Assembly (NCBI GenBank): GCA_944389095.1
Contig: CALXLC010000033.1
Location: 2,764-66,763 of the forward strand
DNA: 64,000 nt
Reading direction: 5' to 3'
Source of the DNA: an uncultured Alphaproteobacteria bacterium
Lineage (GTDB): Bacteria > Pseudomonadota > Alphaproteobacteria > RF32 > CAG-239
The translations under genes and the position numbers were made by a program. This document shows positions 1-8,779 of this stretch, one piece after another. The stretch's first letter is position 1. Each line of letters starts with the position of its first letter. The notes below the pieces were generated by a model. The model did not search any database. It saw only the letters and a list, made by a program, of their open reading frames with translations, and was not told where the DNA came from.

Positions 1-95
1 CTTGACCTGCGGACTTGTTTTGGATTGATTTGTTCTTGACTTTTCTGAAAATTTTTATATTTTGAAAGGGTTGAACTTATAAATTATAACTTATT

Positions 96-506
96 ATGAA
101 ACCAAAAGATTTAAAAGTGCCAGATGTAAGAACGGCATTGAATTTGATGAAGGCTTTTTTGTCAGCGAATATGCTGGATAATGAACTGATTGTGAAAGAA
201 GATAATCTTCCGGCGTATGTCAGATTAGCGCGTTTTACCCGTAATGTTGCGGAAGATGATGTTGTCGGGTGTCCTTGTTTTTTGTGTGATTATGAGGGCT
301 ATATTCCCGGGTTTAACAAGGTTAAGAAAGCGATTGTTTATGTTAAGGCTTTCGGAACCAAAACTCTCTGGATGACAAAAATGTTTTTTGTTGAGGAAAA
401 TCAACCGTCTTTTTATATTGATGAGATTAAAGACGGTGACAGTTTTACGATGGATGACGGGCGCCGATATGTTTATCGTGACGGCGTAATCAGTCTTTTG
501 TCATAA
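96..506 (+). CDS. hypothetical protein, 136 aa, no family recognised
   Basis: ATG ORF from the track. It is a stand-alone unit with a GC hairpin plus T-run shortly after the stop (approx 521-556). I can name no motif. Confidence 0.45.
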   Translation: MKPKDLKVPDVRTALNLMKAFLSANMLDNELIVKEDNLPAYVRLARFTRNVAEDDVVGCPCFLCDYEGYIPGFNKVKKAIVYVKAFGTKTLWMTKMFFVEENQPSFYIDEIKDGDSFTMDDGRRYVYRDGVISLLS

Positions 507-633
507 GGAAATTATTAAAATGTCCCGCTATGCTTTTGGTATGGCGGGATTTTTTTATTGTTTTGCATGTCTAAAAATAGCTCTTGACTATGCGGCGGTT
601 TTAGCTTATTTTCTCTGTCTGTAAGAATAAGAT

Positions 634-710
634 GGGCCCATAGCTCAGTTGGTTAGAGCAGGCCGCTCATAACGGTCTGGTCGTTGGTTCGAGTCCATCT
701 GGGCCCACCA
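634..710 (+). tRNA. tRNA with anticodon CAU (elongator Met or lysidine-type Ile2)
   Basis: 77-nt cloverleaf read by hand: acceptor GGGCCCA/TGGGCCC, anticodon loop CTCATAA, T-loop TTCGAGT, encoded CCA. G1-C72 is paired, so it is not an initiator. Met versus Ile2 cannot be decided by eye. Confidence 0.9.
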
Positions 711-715
711 TAATA

Positions 716-748
716 AAAGCCTCTCCGCAAGGGAGAGGTTTTTATTTT
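716..748. terminator. intrinsic terminator hairpin after the tRNA
   Basis: CCTCTCC-GCAA-GGAGAGG stem-loop followed by TTTTTATTTT. Confidence 0.7.
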
Positions 749-757
749 GGTAAGAAT

Positions 758-994
758 TTGCCCGTTAGACAGAACGGAGTTATTTCCAAACAACTCCGTT
801 CCATCATCAATCTGTCCGTTTCCGTTAAGGTCTTTGGCAAGCAGTCCATCATCTTTGCCAACCCAACCGGTTTTTTCCGCAAATCCGTTATTATCATGAT
901 CAAAATATGCTCCGTTTTCAACTGTTGTTGTTTCCACACCATCTCCGTCTAAGTCCACAATCAGCGGAGAGCAGGTATCGGCAGCTGTGGACAT
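758..994 (-). pseudogene. remnant of an RTX/haemolysin-type Ca-binding repeat protein (~79 meaningful codons)
   Basis: The translation is MSTAADTCSPLIVDLDGDGVETT..DHDNNGFAEKTGWVGKDDGLLAKDLNGNGQIDDGTELFGNNS. It carries DxDGDG / NGNGxIDD-type motifs that normally sit inside very large secreted proteins. Here there is no convincing RBS, and the frame then reads through the terminator hairpin into the tRNA (track ORF 653..994). Confidence 0.55.
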
Positions 995-1400
995 ATTACT
1001 TTGTACACCTCTAAGAGTAAACCTTTTTTTGTTATCAAAATCTGACGAACGTTAGATTTCTTTATAAACTAGTTATAAAAAATCGCAAGTTTTTTATCTA
1101 TTTTTATACAAATAATTTTATTTTTTCAATTTTGTAAACATATTTCTTTGCAAATGATCCGCCATAGTAGCCTAAGGGTGTGGAACTGCTCGATGGAACA
1201 AAGGATATTTTGAAGTGACCAAAATGAACCTCCACCGGCTAATGCCTGTGGAGGTTCATTTTACAACAGTGTTGTTTTTTTATTTTGTGTCTCAGATAAA
1301 TGGTCGCGAGGTATGTTTGTCTAATTTGTCCTTGACAGGGCGGCGGATGTGATTTAGCTTGTTGTCTAGAAAGCAAATTATTAACTTAAACTTTATAATT

Positions 1401-2087
1401 ATGGAGAAAAATGAAAAATTAAAAGCGTTAGCAGCCGTTGCAGAAGGTTTTGGGTTGACGGCAGAAGAGGCAGCAGCGTATTTTGGCAAAATTTCTGTTT
1501 GCTCTGACAAAACAGAAGAAGTTTCCGTTCAATCTGAAGAAGCTGTATTACCTGATGTTGTTTGTCCGGGAATGTATTATTATTCGGACAGGACGATTTC
1601 GGCAGAGGTTATTCCGGAGAAACAGATTTCCGGGGTTGTTGGCTGGGTTGATGAAAGCAGCAAGCACGGTTTGATTCTCGGGTTGCGGGAAACAGAGTTG
1701 CCGTGGTCCAGTGTGTATTTGAAGCCCGGTACTTTCAAAAAAAGCGGCAAGGAAAATACTCGTTTGATTTTGGAAGCGGCACGTAGGCAAAACAAGAAGG
1801 CGGCGGCGGCCGAATGGTGTGCTGCGTATGCCTTTGACGGCGTCAGGGTCGGTGAGGCGTTTTTGCCCAGTAAAGATGAATTGGTCAAGATATTTAGAAA
1901 TTTTGGTGCTATTCAAAAAGCACTGGAGGAGATAAAACAGCCTCAGCTTGAGGAGTATGATTGGTACAGGTCTTCGTCCGAGGACTATAACTACTACAAC
2001 GCGTGGGTTGTGCGACCGTCCGACGGCGATATGTACTACACCAATAAGGACTACGATTACCGCGTTCGTTGTGTCTTTGCTTTTTAA
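1401..2087 (+). CDS. DUF1566 (Lcl C-terminal)-like domain protein
   Basis: The C-terminal half (..AFLPSKDELVKIF.., ..YRSSSEDYNYYNAWVV.., ..YRVRCVFAF) matches the pattern I know for DUF1566. The track start, TTG 1359, lies on the -10 of a TTGACA-16-TTAGCT promoter (1332-1359), so I prefer ATG 1401. A hairpin plus T-run follows at ~2101-2140. Confidence 0.6.
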   Translation: MEKNEKLKALAAVAEGFGLTAEEAAAYFGKISVCSDKTEEVSVQSEEAVLPDVVCPGMYYYSDRTISAEVIPEKQISGVVGWVDESSKHGLILGLRETELPWSSVYLKPGTFKKSGKENTRLILEAARRQNKKAAAAEWCAAYAFDGVRVGEAFLPSKDELVKIFRNFGAIQKALEEIKQPQLEEYDWYRSSSEDYNYYNAWVVRPSDGDMYYTNKDYDYRVRCVFAF

Positions 2088-2343
2088 CGGCTTTTAATTT
2101 TATCCCGGAGTGTCGTTTGTCGGCTGCCGGGATTTTTTTTGCCGGGACTTAAAAAGCAGTGTTGAGAGGAGAAAGAATCCATTCTGAGTTATCCCAAGTT
2201 TTGAATAAGGCGGTTCCGGCGTTTTCGGAGAATGCGGCAGCTTTGATTTTGGGTGTGCTTTTGCAGAAAAACAAACTTGACTTAATCCCTTTCGGGGCTG
2301 TACCATTAGAAGAATTTTTTTAGGATTATAATGGGTGATATGA

Positions 2344-5300
2344 ATGACTATTCGGACTGAAAAACTTTTGTATCTTGGCATAGATGTCGGTTCCACGACC
2401 GTTAAAGCAGTGGTTCTTGATGATAAGGAAAATGTTTTATTTTCTACTTATCAGCGACATATGTCGGAAGTCCGAAAAAAGATTATTTCCATTATCGGCG
2501 AGGTTATCCGGCAGTTTCCGGAAAGCAAGTTTCGGCTGAGCATGACAGGCTCCGGCGCCTTGTCTTTGTGTACCAGGCTTAATGTGCCGTTTGTGCAGGA
2601 AGTGATTGCCTCCAGCCTGAGTATTAAAAAGCTGATACCCGATGCGGATGTGATTATCGAACTCGGCGGCGAAGACGCCAAGCTGACTTTTTTGACCAGC
2701 GGGACGGATTTGCGCATGAATGAAACCTGTGCCGGCGGGACGGGTGCTTTTATCGATCAAATGGCGTCTTTTTTGAATATGAGTGTCAATGAGCTGGATG
2801 AACTGGCGCTGCAATACAAGAATATCTACCCGATTGCTTCGCGCTGCGGCGTTTTTGCCAAAACGGATATTGTGCCGCTGATTAACGAAGGTTGTGCCAA
2901 AAGCGATATTGCCATGTCCATTATGCAGGCGGTGGTCAATCAGTTTATCGGCGGTTTGGCGCGCGGACGGGAAATTTCGGGAAAAGTCGTTCTTTTGGGC
3001 GGACCGTTGGCGTTTTTGAAATCGCTGCGCAAATGTTTTCGCGATACCTTGAAGCTTGATGAAACGACTGCCGTTTTGCCGGAAAATGCCGAGTTGTTTG
3101 TGGCCGTCGGCGCGGCGCTGCATGCGCTGAGTTGTTCGGAGCAGGAAATTGATTTGAAGGAAACTGCAGCTGCTTTGGAACAACTGGGGGAAGAAAACGA
3201 TATTCAGAAGCTGCCGCCGCTTTTTAAAAACAAGCAGGAAAAAGAGGCTTTCGATAAACGCCACAGTCAGAATGACGTGGTTCGTTTTTCGCTGGAGGCA
3301 TACGAGGGAGATGCCTGGCTCGGCATTGACAGCGGTTCGACGACGATTAAAGCGGTTTTGATTGATGACCAGAATCGCCTGTTGTATTCTTATTACGGTT
3401 CCAATAACGGCGATCCGTTTCATCAGGCATTGAAGATTTTGAAAGAAATTTACGGCCGCGCCAAACCGGGGTTGAAAATTAAGGCCGCGGCGGCGACCGG
3501 CTACGGCAGCGCACTGCTGAAAGCCGGCCTGCGTCTTGATATTGATGAAGTGGAGACGGTGGCGCATTGTCAGGCATCGACTTTTTTTGCGCCGAACGCC
3601 AGTTTTGTTTTGGATATCGGCGGGCAGGATATTAAATGCATGACGCTGAAAAACGGCGTTATTGAAAAAATCGGGCTTAATGAGGCATGTTCTTCCGGCT
3701 GCGGTTCTTTTATCGAGAATTTTGCAAAGTCGTTGAATATGGATATGCCGACTTTTGTCGAGGCGGCTCTTAAGGCCAAAAATCCGGTTGATTTGGGAAC
3801 GCGCTGCACGGTGTTTATGAACTCGAAGGTCAAACAGGCGCAAAAGGAGGGCGTTTCCGTCGGAGATATTGCGGCGGGACTGTCTTATTCGGTTATTAAA
3901 AATGCCTGTTATAAAGTGATTAAAATTAATGACGTTTCCGAACTCGGCGACTGTATCGTGGCACAGGGCGGTTCGTTTTTGAATGACGCGCTGCTCAGGG
4001 CGTTGGAAATTCAGGTGGGAAAACCGGTTGTGCGTCCCGGGCTGTCCGGGCTGATGGGCGCTTTCGGTGTAGCGCTTCTGGCTAAAAAACGCGGTCCGGA
4101 AAACGGCGTTAAGACTAAGCTGCTGGCTCCGGAAGAAATTGATACGCTGCAAATAAAAACCACCAATGCCAGATGTCAGGGATGTGCCAATCACTGTATG
4201 CTGACAATTACAAATTTTGGCGGGCAAAAGAAATTTATTTCCGGCAACAAGTGCGAAAAAGGTGCCGGTCTGGCCAAAAACAACAAAATAAATCTTTGCG
4301 CTTACAAATATAAACGGTTGTTTGAGCATTATCAGCCGCTGCCCAAAGAAAAAGCAACCCACGGGACGGTCGGCATTCCGCGCGCGTTGAACATGTATGA
4401 GGATTATCCGCTGTGGTTTACTCTGCTGACGCATTTGGGGTTCCGGGTTGAGCTTTCGGCGCCTTCTTCCCGAAAAATGTTTTTCAGCGGCTATGATTCC
4501 ATTCCGTCTCAAACGGTTTGTTATCCGGCTAAAATGGCGCACGGACATATTATGGATTTAATCGAGAAGAACGTTGATTGCATTTTCTTTCCGTGTATTC
4601 CGAGAGAGCAAAAGGAATTTGCTTCTCAGGCGGATTGTTATAATTGTCCGGTGGTGACCGGTTATCCGGAACTGTTGGCCAAAAATATTTCAGAGCTGAC
4701 GGAAAAGGGCATTCCCTGTTTTACGCCGTTTTTGCCGCTGGATGAGAAAATTTTGGCGCGGCGGCTGAAATCTGTGCCGCTGTTTGAAGGATTTTCTTCT
4801 TTGCAGCTGCGGATGGCCGTCAAACGCGCTTTTGTGGAATTGCGGCGGTTTAAGAAAGATATTCGCGAGGCCGGCGTCAGAGCCGTGGAGCAGCTGAAAC
4901 AAAACGGCGAGTATGCCATTGTGCTGGCCGGGCATCCGTATCATATTGATCCGGCCATCAACCATGGTATTCCGGAGCTTATCAATTCTTGCGGATTGTC
5001 CGTGCTGACGGAAGATTCCGTTGCTCATCTGCGGCCGAATCCGGAGGCTCTGCGCGTACGAGATCAATGGACGTATCATTCCCGTTTGTACCGGGCCGGA
5101 ACCTTTACGGCCGACAGTCAGAATCTGGCTATTTTGCAGCTGGTGTCTTTCGGTTGCGGGGTTGATGCCATTACATCTGATCAGTTGGAAGAGATTGTCA
5201 CCTCCAAAGACCGGCTGTACGCGCAAATCAAAATAGACGAGGGGGATAACCTCGGGCCGGCTAAGATTAGAATCCGCTCGCTGTTGGCCGCGTTGAAAGA

Positions 5301-6582
5301 TATGCAGCAGCGTCAAAAGGATGTCTTGAAACAAAATATAGCCAAGCCGGCAGTCTTTACGGAAGAAATGAAAAAAACGCATACGATTTTGATTCCGCAG
5401 CTGTCGCCGATGCATTTTCAGTTTTTGGAGACGGTTTTTGCCAGCGAAGGATACAAGGTTGCCCAGCTTCCGCGGGTAAGCAAGAGCGCGGTTGAGCTTG
5501 GGCTGAAACATGTTAACAATGACGCCTGTTTCCCGGCTATCGTCGTTATCGGCCAGTTGTTGCAGGCTATTCGCGACGGTAATTACGATACAGATAAAAT
5601 TGCGCTTTTGATTTCGCAAACCAGCGGCGGCTGCCGGGCTTCGAACTATGCCGGGCTTTTGCGCCGGGCGCTGATTCAGTGCAATATGGCGCATATTCCG
5701 GTGATTACCATGAATGTCAGCGGCAATGTGGACAGTCCCGGTTTTATTCCCGGCCGCAAGATTTTGCTGCGCTCTATTATGGCGGGGTGTTACGGTGACG
5801 CGCTGATGCGGATGTTTAATCGTGTCCATCCGTATGAAAAAGTGCCGGGAAGCACGCAGAAGCTGCTTAACCGCTGGGTTAAAATCATAAAAAAGAACTT
5901 AAAAAGCGGCAATATTTTGACGTTTAACCTTAACATGTTCCGGATGATCCGGGAGTTTGACAAGCTGCCGCTGCAGGATGTCAAACGCAAGCCGCGCGTC
6001 GGACTGGTCGGTGAGATTTTGCTGAAATATCATCCCGATGCGAATAATCAGGCCGCCCGGGTTATTGAAAGAGAGGGCGGCGAGGCAGTTGTTCCCGATT
6101 TGATGGATTTTATGCTGTACGGGTTTTATGATCATATCTTTAACTACAAATATTTGCAGGGATCCTGGAAGGCTTATGCCGTCAGTATTTCCAGCATTGC
6201 CCTTTTGGAATTGTGCCGGGGCTCCATGCGTCTGGGCTTTGCCTGCTCCAAACGGTTTGAACCGCCGGTTTTTTTCAAAAATCTGCGCAAAAAAATCCGC
6301 GGGCTGCTGTCTTTGGGGCACCAAACCGGGGAAGGGTGGCTTTTGACGGCCGAAATCGTCGAACTGTTGGAGGCCGGCGTCGATAACGTTTTGTGCATGC
6401 AGCCTTTTGGTTGTTTGCCGAATCATATTACCGGAAAAGGTTTTATCAAAGAAATCAAAAAGCGTTTTCCGAAAGCCAATATTATAGCGGTTGATTATGA
6501 TCCCGGCGCCAGCGAGACCAATCAGATTAACCGCATTAAGCTGATGATGTCTATTTCAAAGCAAGAAGAAAACTTGTCTTAA
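2344..6582 (+). CDS. fused acyl-CoA dehydratase activase-related protein (two BcrAD/BadFG ATPase modules + dehydratase-like/DUF2229-type C-terminal region)
   Basis: 1412-aa ORF. It has two copies of the ASKHA-type phosphate-1 motif (GIDVGSTTVKAVV near the N-terminus and GIDSGSTTIKAVL about 320 residues later) and Cys clusters (e.g. CQGCANHC). Its size is typical of the fused CoA-substrate-specific enzyme activase family. Confidence 0.8.
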   Translation: MTIRTEKLLYLGIDVGSTTVKAVVLDDKENVLFSTYQRHMSEVRKKIISIIGEVIRQFPESKFRLSMTGSGALSLCTRLNVPFVQEVIASSLSIKKLIPDADVIIELGGEDAKLTFLTSGTDLRMNETCAGGTGAFIDQMASFLNMSVNELDELALQYKNIYPIASRCGVFAKTDIVPLINEGCAKSDIAMSIMQAVVNQFIGGLARGREISGKVVLLGGPLAFLKSLRKCFRDTLKLDETTAVLPENAELFVAVGAALHALSCSEQEIDLKETAAALEQLGEENDIQKLPPLFKNKQEKEAFDKRHSQNDVVRFSLEAYEGDAWLGIDSGSTTIKAVLIDDQNRLLYSYYGSNNGDPFHQALKILKEIYGRAKPGLKIKAAAATGYGSALLKAGLRLDIDEVETVAHCQASTFFAPNASFVLDIGGQDIKCMTLKNGVIEKIGLNEACSSGCGSFIENFAKSLNMDMPTFVEAALKAKNPVDLGTRCTVFMNSKVKQAQKEGVSVGDIAAGLSYSVIKNACYKVIKINDVSELGDCIVAQGGSFLNDALLRALEIQVGKPVVRPGLSGLMGAFGVALLAKKRGPENGVKTKLLAPEEIDTLQIKTTNARCQGCANHCMLTITNFGGQKKFISGNKCEKGAGLAKNNKINLCAYKYKRLFEHYQPLPKEKATHGTVGIPRALNMYEDYPLWFTLLTHLGFRVELSAPSSRKMFFSGYDSIPSQTVCYPAKMAHGHIMDLIEKNVDCIFFPCIPREQKEFASQADCYNCPVVTGYPELLAKNISELTEKGIPCFTPFLPLDEKILARRLKSVPLFEGFSSLQLRMAVKRAFVELRRFKKDIREAGVRAVEQLKQNGEYAIVLAGHPYHIDPAINHGIPELINSCGLSVLTEDSVAHLRPNPEALRVRDQWTYHSRLYRAGTFTADSQNLAILQLVSFGCGVDAITSDQLEEIVTSKDRLYAQIKIDEGDNLGPAKIRIRSLLAALKDMQQRQKDVLKQNIAKPAVFTEEMKKTHTILIPQLSPMHFQFLETVFASEGYKVAQLPRVSKSAVELGLKHVNNDACFPAIVVIGQLLQAIRDGNYDTDKIALLISQTSGGCRASNYAGLLRRALIQCNMAHIPVITMNVSGNVDSPGFIPGRKILLRSIMAGCYGDALMRMFNRVHPYEKVPGSTQKLLNRWVKIIKKNLKSGNILTFNLNMFRMIREFDKLPLQDVKRKPRVGLVGEILLKYHPDANNQAARVIEREGGEAVVPDLMDFMLYGFYDHIFNYKYLQGSWKAYAVSISSIALLELCRGSMRLGFACSKRFEPPVFFKNLRKKIRGLLSLGHQTGEGWLLTAEIVELLEAGVDNVLCMQPFGCLPNHITGKGFIKEIKKRFPKANIIAVDYDPGASETNQINRIKLMMSISKQEENLS

Positions 6583-6599
6583 CAGTGAAAAAACATGGA

Positions 6600-6628
6600 A
6601 AAGGGAGCCTTCGGAAAGGCTCCCTTTA
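6600..6628. terminator. bidirectional intrinsic terminator
   Basis: AGGGAGCCTT-CGGA-AAGGCTCCCT hairpin flanked by A-run and T-run, between the activase stop and the MATE stub. Confidence 0.7.
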
Positions 6629-6638
6629 AGCGTGTCCC

Positions 6639-6887
6639 TTATACACGGCCGGCAGAAAGTTTCAGGTTTCCGGTCTTTTTTCTGCGTTTGAAAATATAAC
6701 AGCAGATAATGACAAAGGTTGTCATGGTTTCGGAAACCGGCATTGCCAGCCAAATTCCCGGTGTTCCCAAAGCGCGGGGCATTATTATAAATGCCGCAAT
6801 CAGAAAAACGAAACCGCGCAGCAGGGCGAAAATTGTTGCCGGTGTGTTTTGTTTTTTTTTGAAGACAAATTTGACAAAATGTTTCAA
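6639..6887 (-). pseudogene. C-terminal stub of a MATE-family efflux transporter
   Basis: 82-aa ORF. Its ..ALGTPGIWLAMPVSETMTTFVIICCYIFKRRK.. resembles the last two TM helices of MATE proteins (normally ~450 aa). No upstream continuation exists in any frame. Confidence 0.5.
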
Positions 6888-6899
6888 ATGCAGTATAAT
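6871..6899 (+). promoter_or_regulatory. consensus sigma70-type promoter (TTGACA-17 nt-TATAAT)
   Basis: Exact TTGACA at 6871-6876, a 17-nt spacer and exact TATAAT at 6894-6899, facing ORF 7162. Confidence 0.6.
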
Positions 6900-7161
6900 T
6901 CAAAATTGTTATTAATTATTTTATTTGTATTATGTCATTTTCCGCGTCAGTTGATGTGAAGTGACAGAAACTATCCACTCACTGGCAAGCAGGGAGCACA
7001 TAATTTTGAAAAGTGAACGGTTAATGCCCTTTACGTTGAGGCAGTCAGAGCGAAGCACAGTACCTCTTATGAAAAACCAGACAGCTTTTTGAATTATGCC
7101 CGAGAGGCTTTTGAGCGCTTTAAATCACATGTCTGTGAAGTGCGAAAGCAAATAAGCAGGC

Positions 7162-7893
7162 ATGAAATTTATGGAAAAATTTTGGATTAATTTCAACGCA
7201 GAAATCCAAAATCTTGTTATTTATAGCTCCCGTTACTATTGGGGAACCAATCCCTGGAACAGACGTTGTGAAATGCTTTTCCAAATCGGGGAGGCGTACT
7301 TTATGTATACCTCTTGGGGGAATTATACGGGATGCGGCAACAGCTTGAAGGAGATTACTTCCGAAGAGTACAAGCAGGAAGTCTCCCGTTTGCGGCAGGA
7401 ACTTCCGGACGGCCATGCCAATGACGGCAAGACGGTCTATAGCCTGAAAGAAAAGGTTTCGGGCAGGTTTGAAAATGGTCTTTGCAACAGCGATTGCCGG
7501 CTGATTTCAGAATCGCCTTTGAAGGCGGCGTATGATGCGGCCAGAGAAGAAGCATCTCGTAAACAGCGCGCGGAAGAAAGAAAAAAGGCACTTGAACGCA
7601 AGGCGTTTGCGCGCAAGTGCGGAAAAATCGCCCGTAAGCTGGGTGTCGGTTTTGAGAATGCCCTGGCTTTCGGCGGCGATGAAACCGAACTCAAAAACTT
7701 TATTCTTTCTTTGGCTGATGCCAGGGAACAGATACGGGAAATGAGTTCGAGAGAAAAAAAGGTTCTGTATCATGAGCTGTTTGAATGCGGTCGAGCCCGT
7801 AAGCGGACAGCCATGGAAGAGTTGGGAATTTATATCGGTTCTGCCGATCCCAACCGTATCCGGCTCAATGAGTTGGAAGAGCTTTTTGACTAA
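7162..7893 (+). CDS. hypothetical protein, 243 aa
   Basis: Long ORF with a charged, coiled-coil-like middle (..REEASRKQRAEERKKALERKAFARK..). No family recognised. A perfect hairpin terminator follows. Confidence 0.5.
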   Translation: MKFMEKFWINFNAEIQNLVIYSSRYYWGTNPWNRRCEMLFQIGEAYFMYTSWGNYTGCGNSLKEITSEEYKQEVSRLRQELPDGHANDGKTVYSLKEKVSGRFENGLCNSDCRLISESPLKAAYDAAREEASRKQRAEERKKALERKAFARKCGKIARKLGVGFENALAFGGDETELKNFILSLADAREQIREMSSREKKVLYHELFECGRARKRTAMEELGIYIGSADPNRIRLNELEELFD

Positions 7894-7897
7894 ATTT

Positions 7898-7930
7898 AAA
7901 GGTCCCGGACAAATTGTCCGGGACCTTTTT
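7898..7930. terminator. bidirectional intrinsic terminator
   Basis: GGTCCCGGAC-AAATT-GTCCGGGACC flanked by AAA and TTTTT, between convergent genes. Confidence 0.8.
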
Positions 7931-7940
7931 GCGCTATTTT

Positions 7941-8372
7941 TTATTTTTCCGGAAAAATTTTTTGCCGTTCTTTGATAATTTCGGCATCAGTCTGAGCTTT
8001 TTCAAGACTTCCGGTTTCGACGGCTTTTTCATATAATTTGATTTTGTAAGATATCCGAGCCATATGCTTTTTTAATTTTTGCATTTCCGTTTCGAGATTT
8101 TTTTGGTGCTGTTTAAACATTTCCAGACGTTTCTCCAGCGTGGAATCTCCCTCCAAAAACCAGTCAATGTATTGTTTGATACCTTTTAAGGGCATACCTG
8201 TTTCTTTGAGGCACTCAATCATTGACAGCCAGTCTAAGTCAACATCCGTAAAAACACGCAAGCCGGATCCGCTTTTTTTGACAAAAGGCAGAAGGCCCTC
8301 TTTTTCATAATATCTCAGTGTGTGTGCCGTCAAACCGGTTTTTTTTGCAACTTGTCCGATTGAATATCCCAT
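7941..8372 (-). CDS. MerR-family transcriptional regulator
   Basis: MGYSIGQVAKKTGLTAHTLRYYEKEGLL.. is a classic MerR HTH N-terminus followed by a coiled-coil. I moved the start to ATG 8372, directly behind GGAGG. The track ORF extends to 8459. Confidence 0.85.
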   Translation of the reverse strand: MGYSIGQVAKKTGLTAHTLRYYEKEGLLPFVKKSGSGLRVFTDVDLDWLSMIECLKETGMPLKGIKQYIDWFLEGDSTLEKRLEMFKQHQKNLETEMQKLKKHMARISYKIKLYEKAVETGSLEKAQTDAEIIKERQKIFPEK

Positions 8373-8779
8373 GATTTTTCCTCCGTTTTGCCTTACCATA
8401 GGTCCGGGAAAATTTTTTGTCAAGGAATTATTTGACTTAGAGTTACCTCTAGACTGCAAAAAATCATCACATCATCAAAGGTTCAAAAACCGGTGGCGGA
8501 TGTGTGTGTCCGTTCTGTCTCCTGAAGAGAAGAAAAGTTTTTGAACCTTGTCGATTTTATATAAAATTTTTTGCAATAATTCAATGAATAATTAAGAGTG
8601 GTGGACAAGGAGGGCTGTTTTTGCAAAAACAGAAGCTTTAACTTTTGGCAAAAAGTTTTATTCGAAGATTTTGAAAGGTTTGTTATCAGGCTGTTTTTGC
8701 TTATTTATTGTCTTGACAAAAAAATGCGGCGGGGGTAAAAAATCTATATGATATTTATTTTTATTAAATTATATGGCTT

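Noticed and set aside
2437-4548. 703-aa ORF antisense to the activase gene. Similar long antisense ORFs lie at 4690..5829, 11882..12808, 21353..22216, 29311..30273, 30577..31446, 48265..49080 and 61671..62489.
   Set aside because: These are shadow ORFs opposite well-supported genes. Their translations are R/Q/F/I-rich low-complexity strings with no motifs, and they lack RBS contexts.
2344-6582. 1412-aa giant ORF as a novel system.
   Set aside because: The architecture (two BcrAD/BadFG activase modules plus a dehydratase-like region) matches a widespread, if poorly characterised, fused family. It is notable mainly as a hint of anaerobic metabolism.
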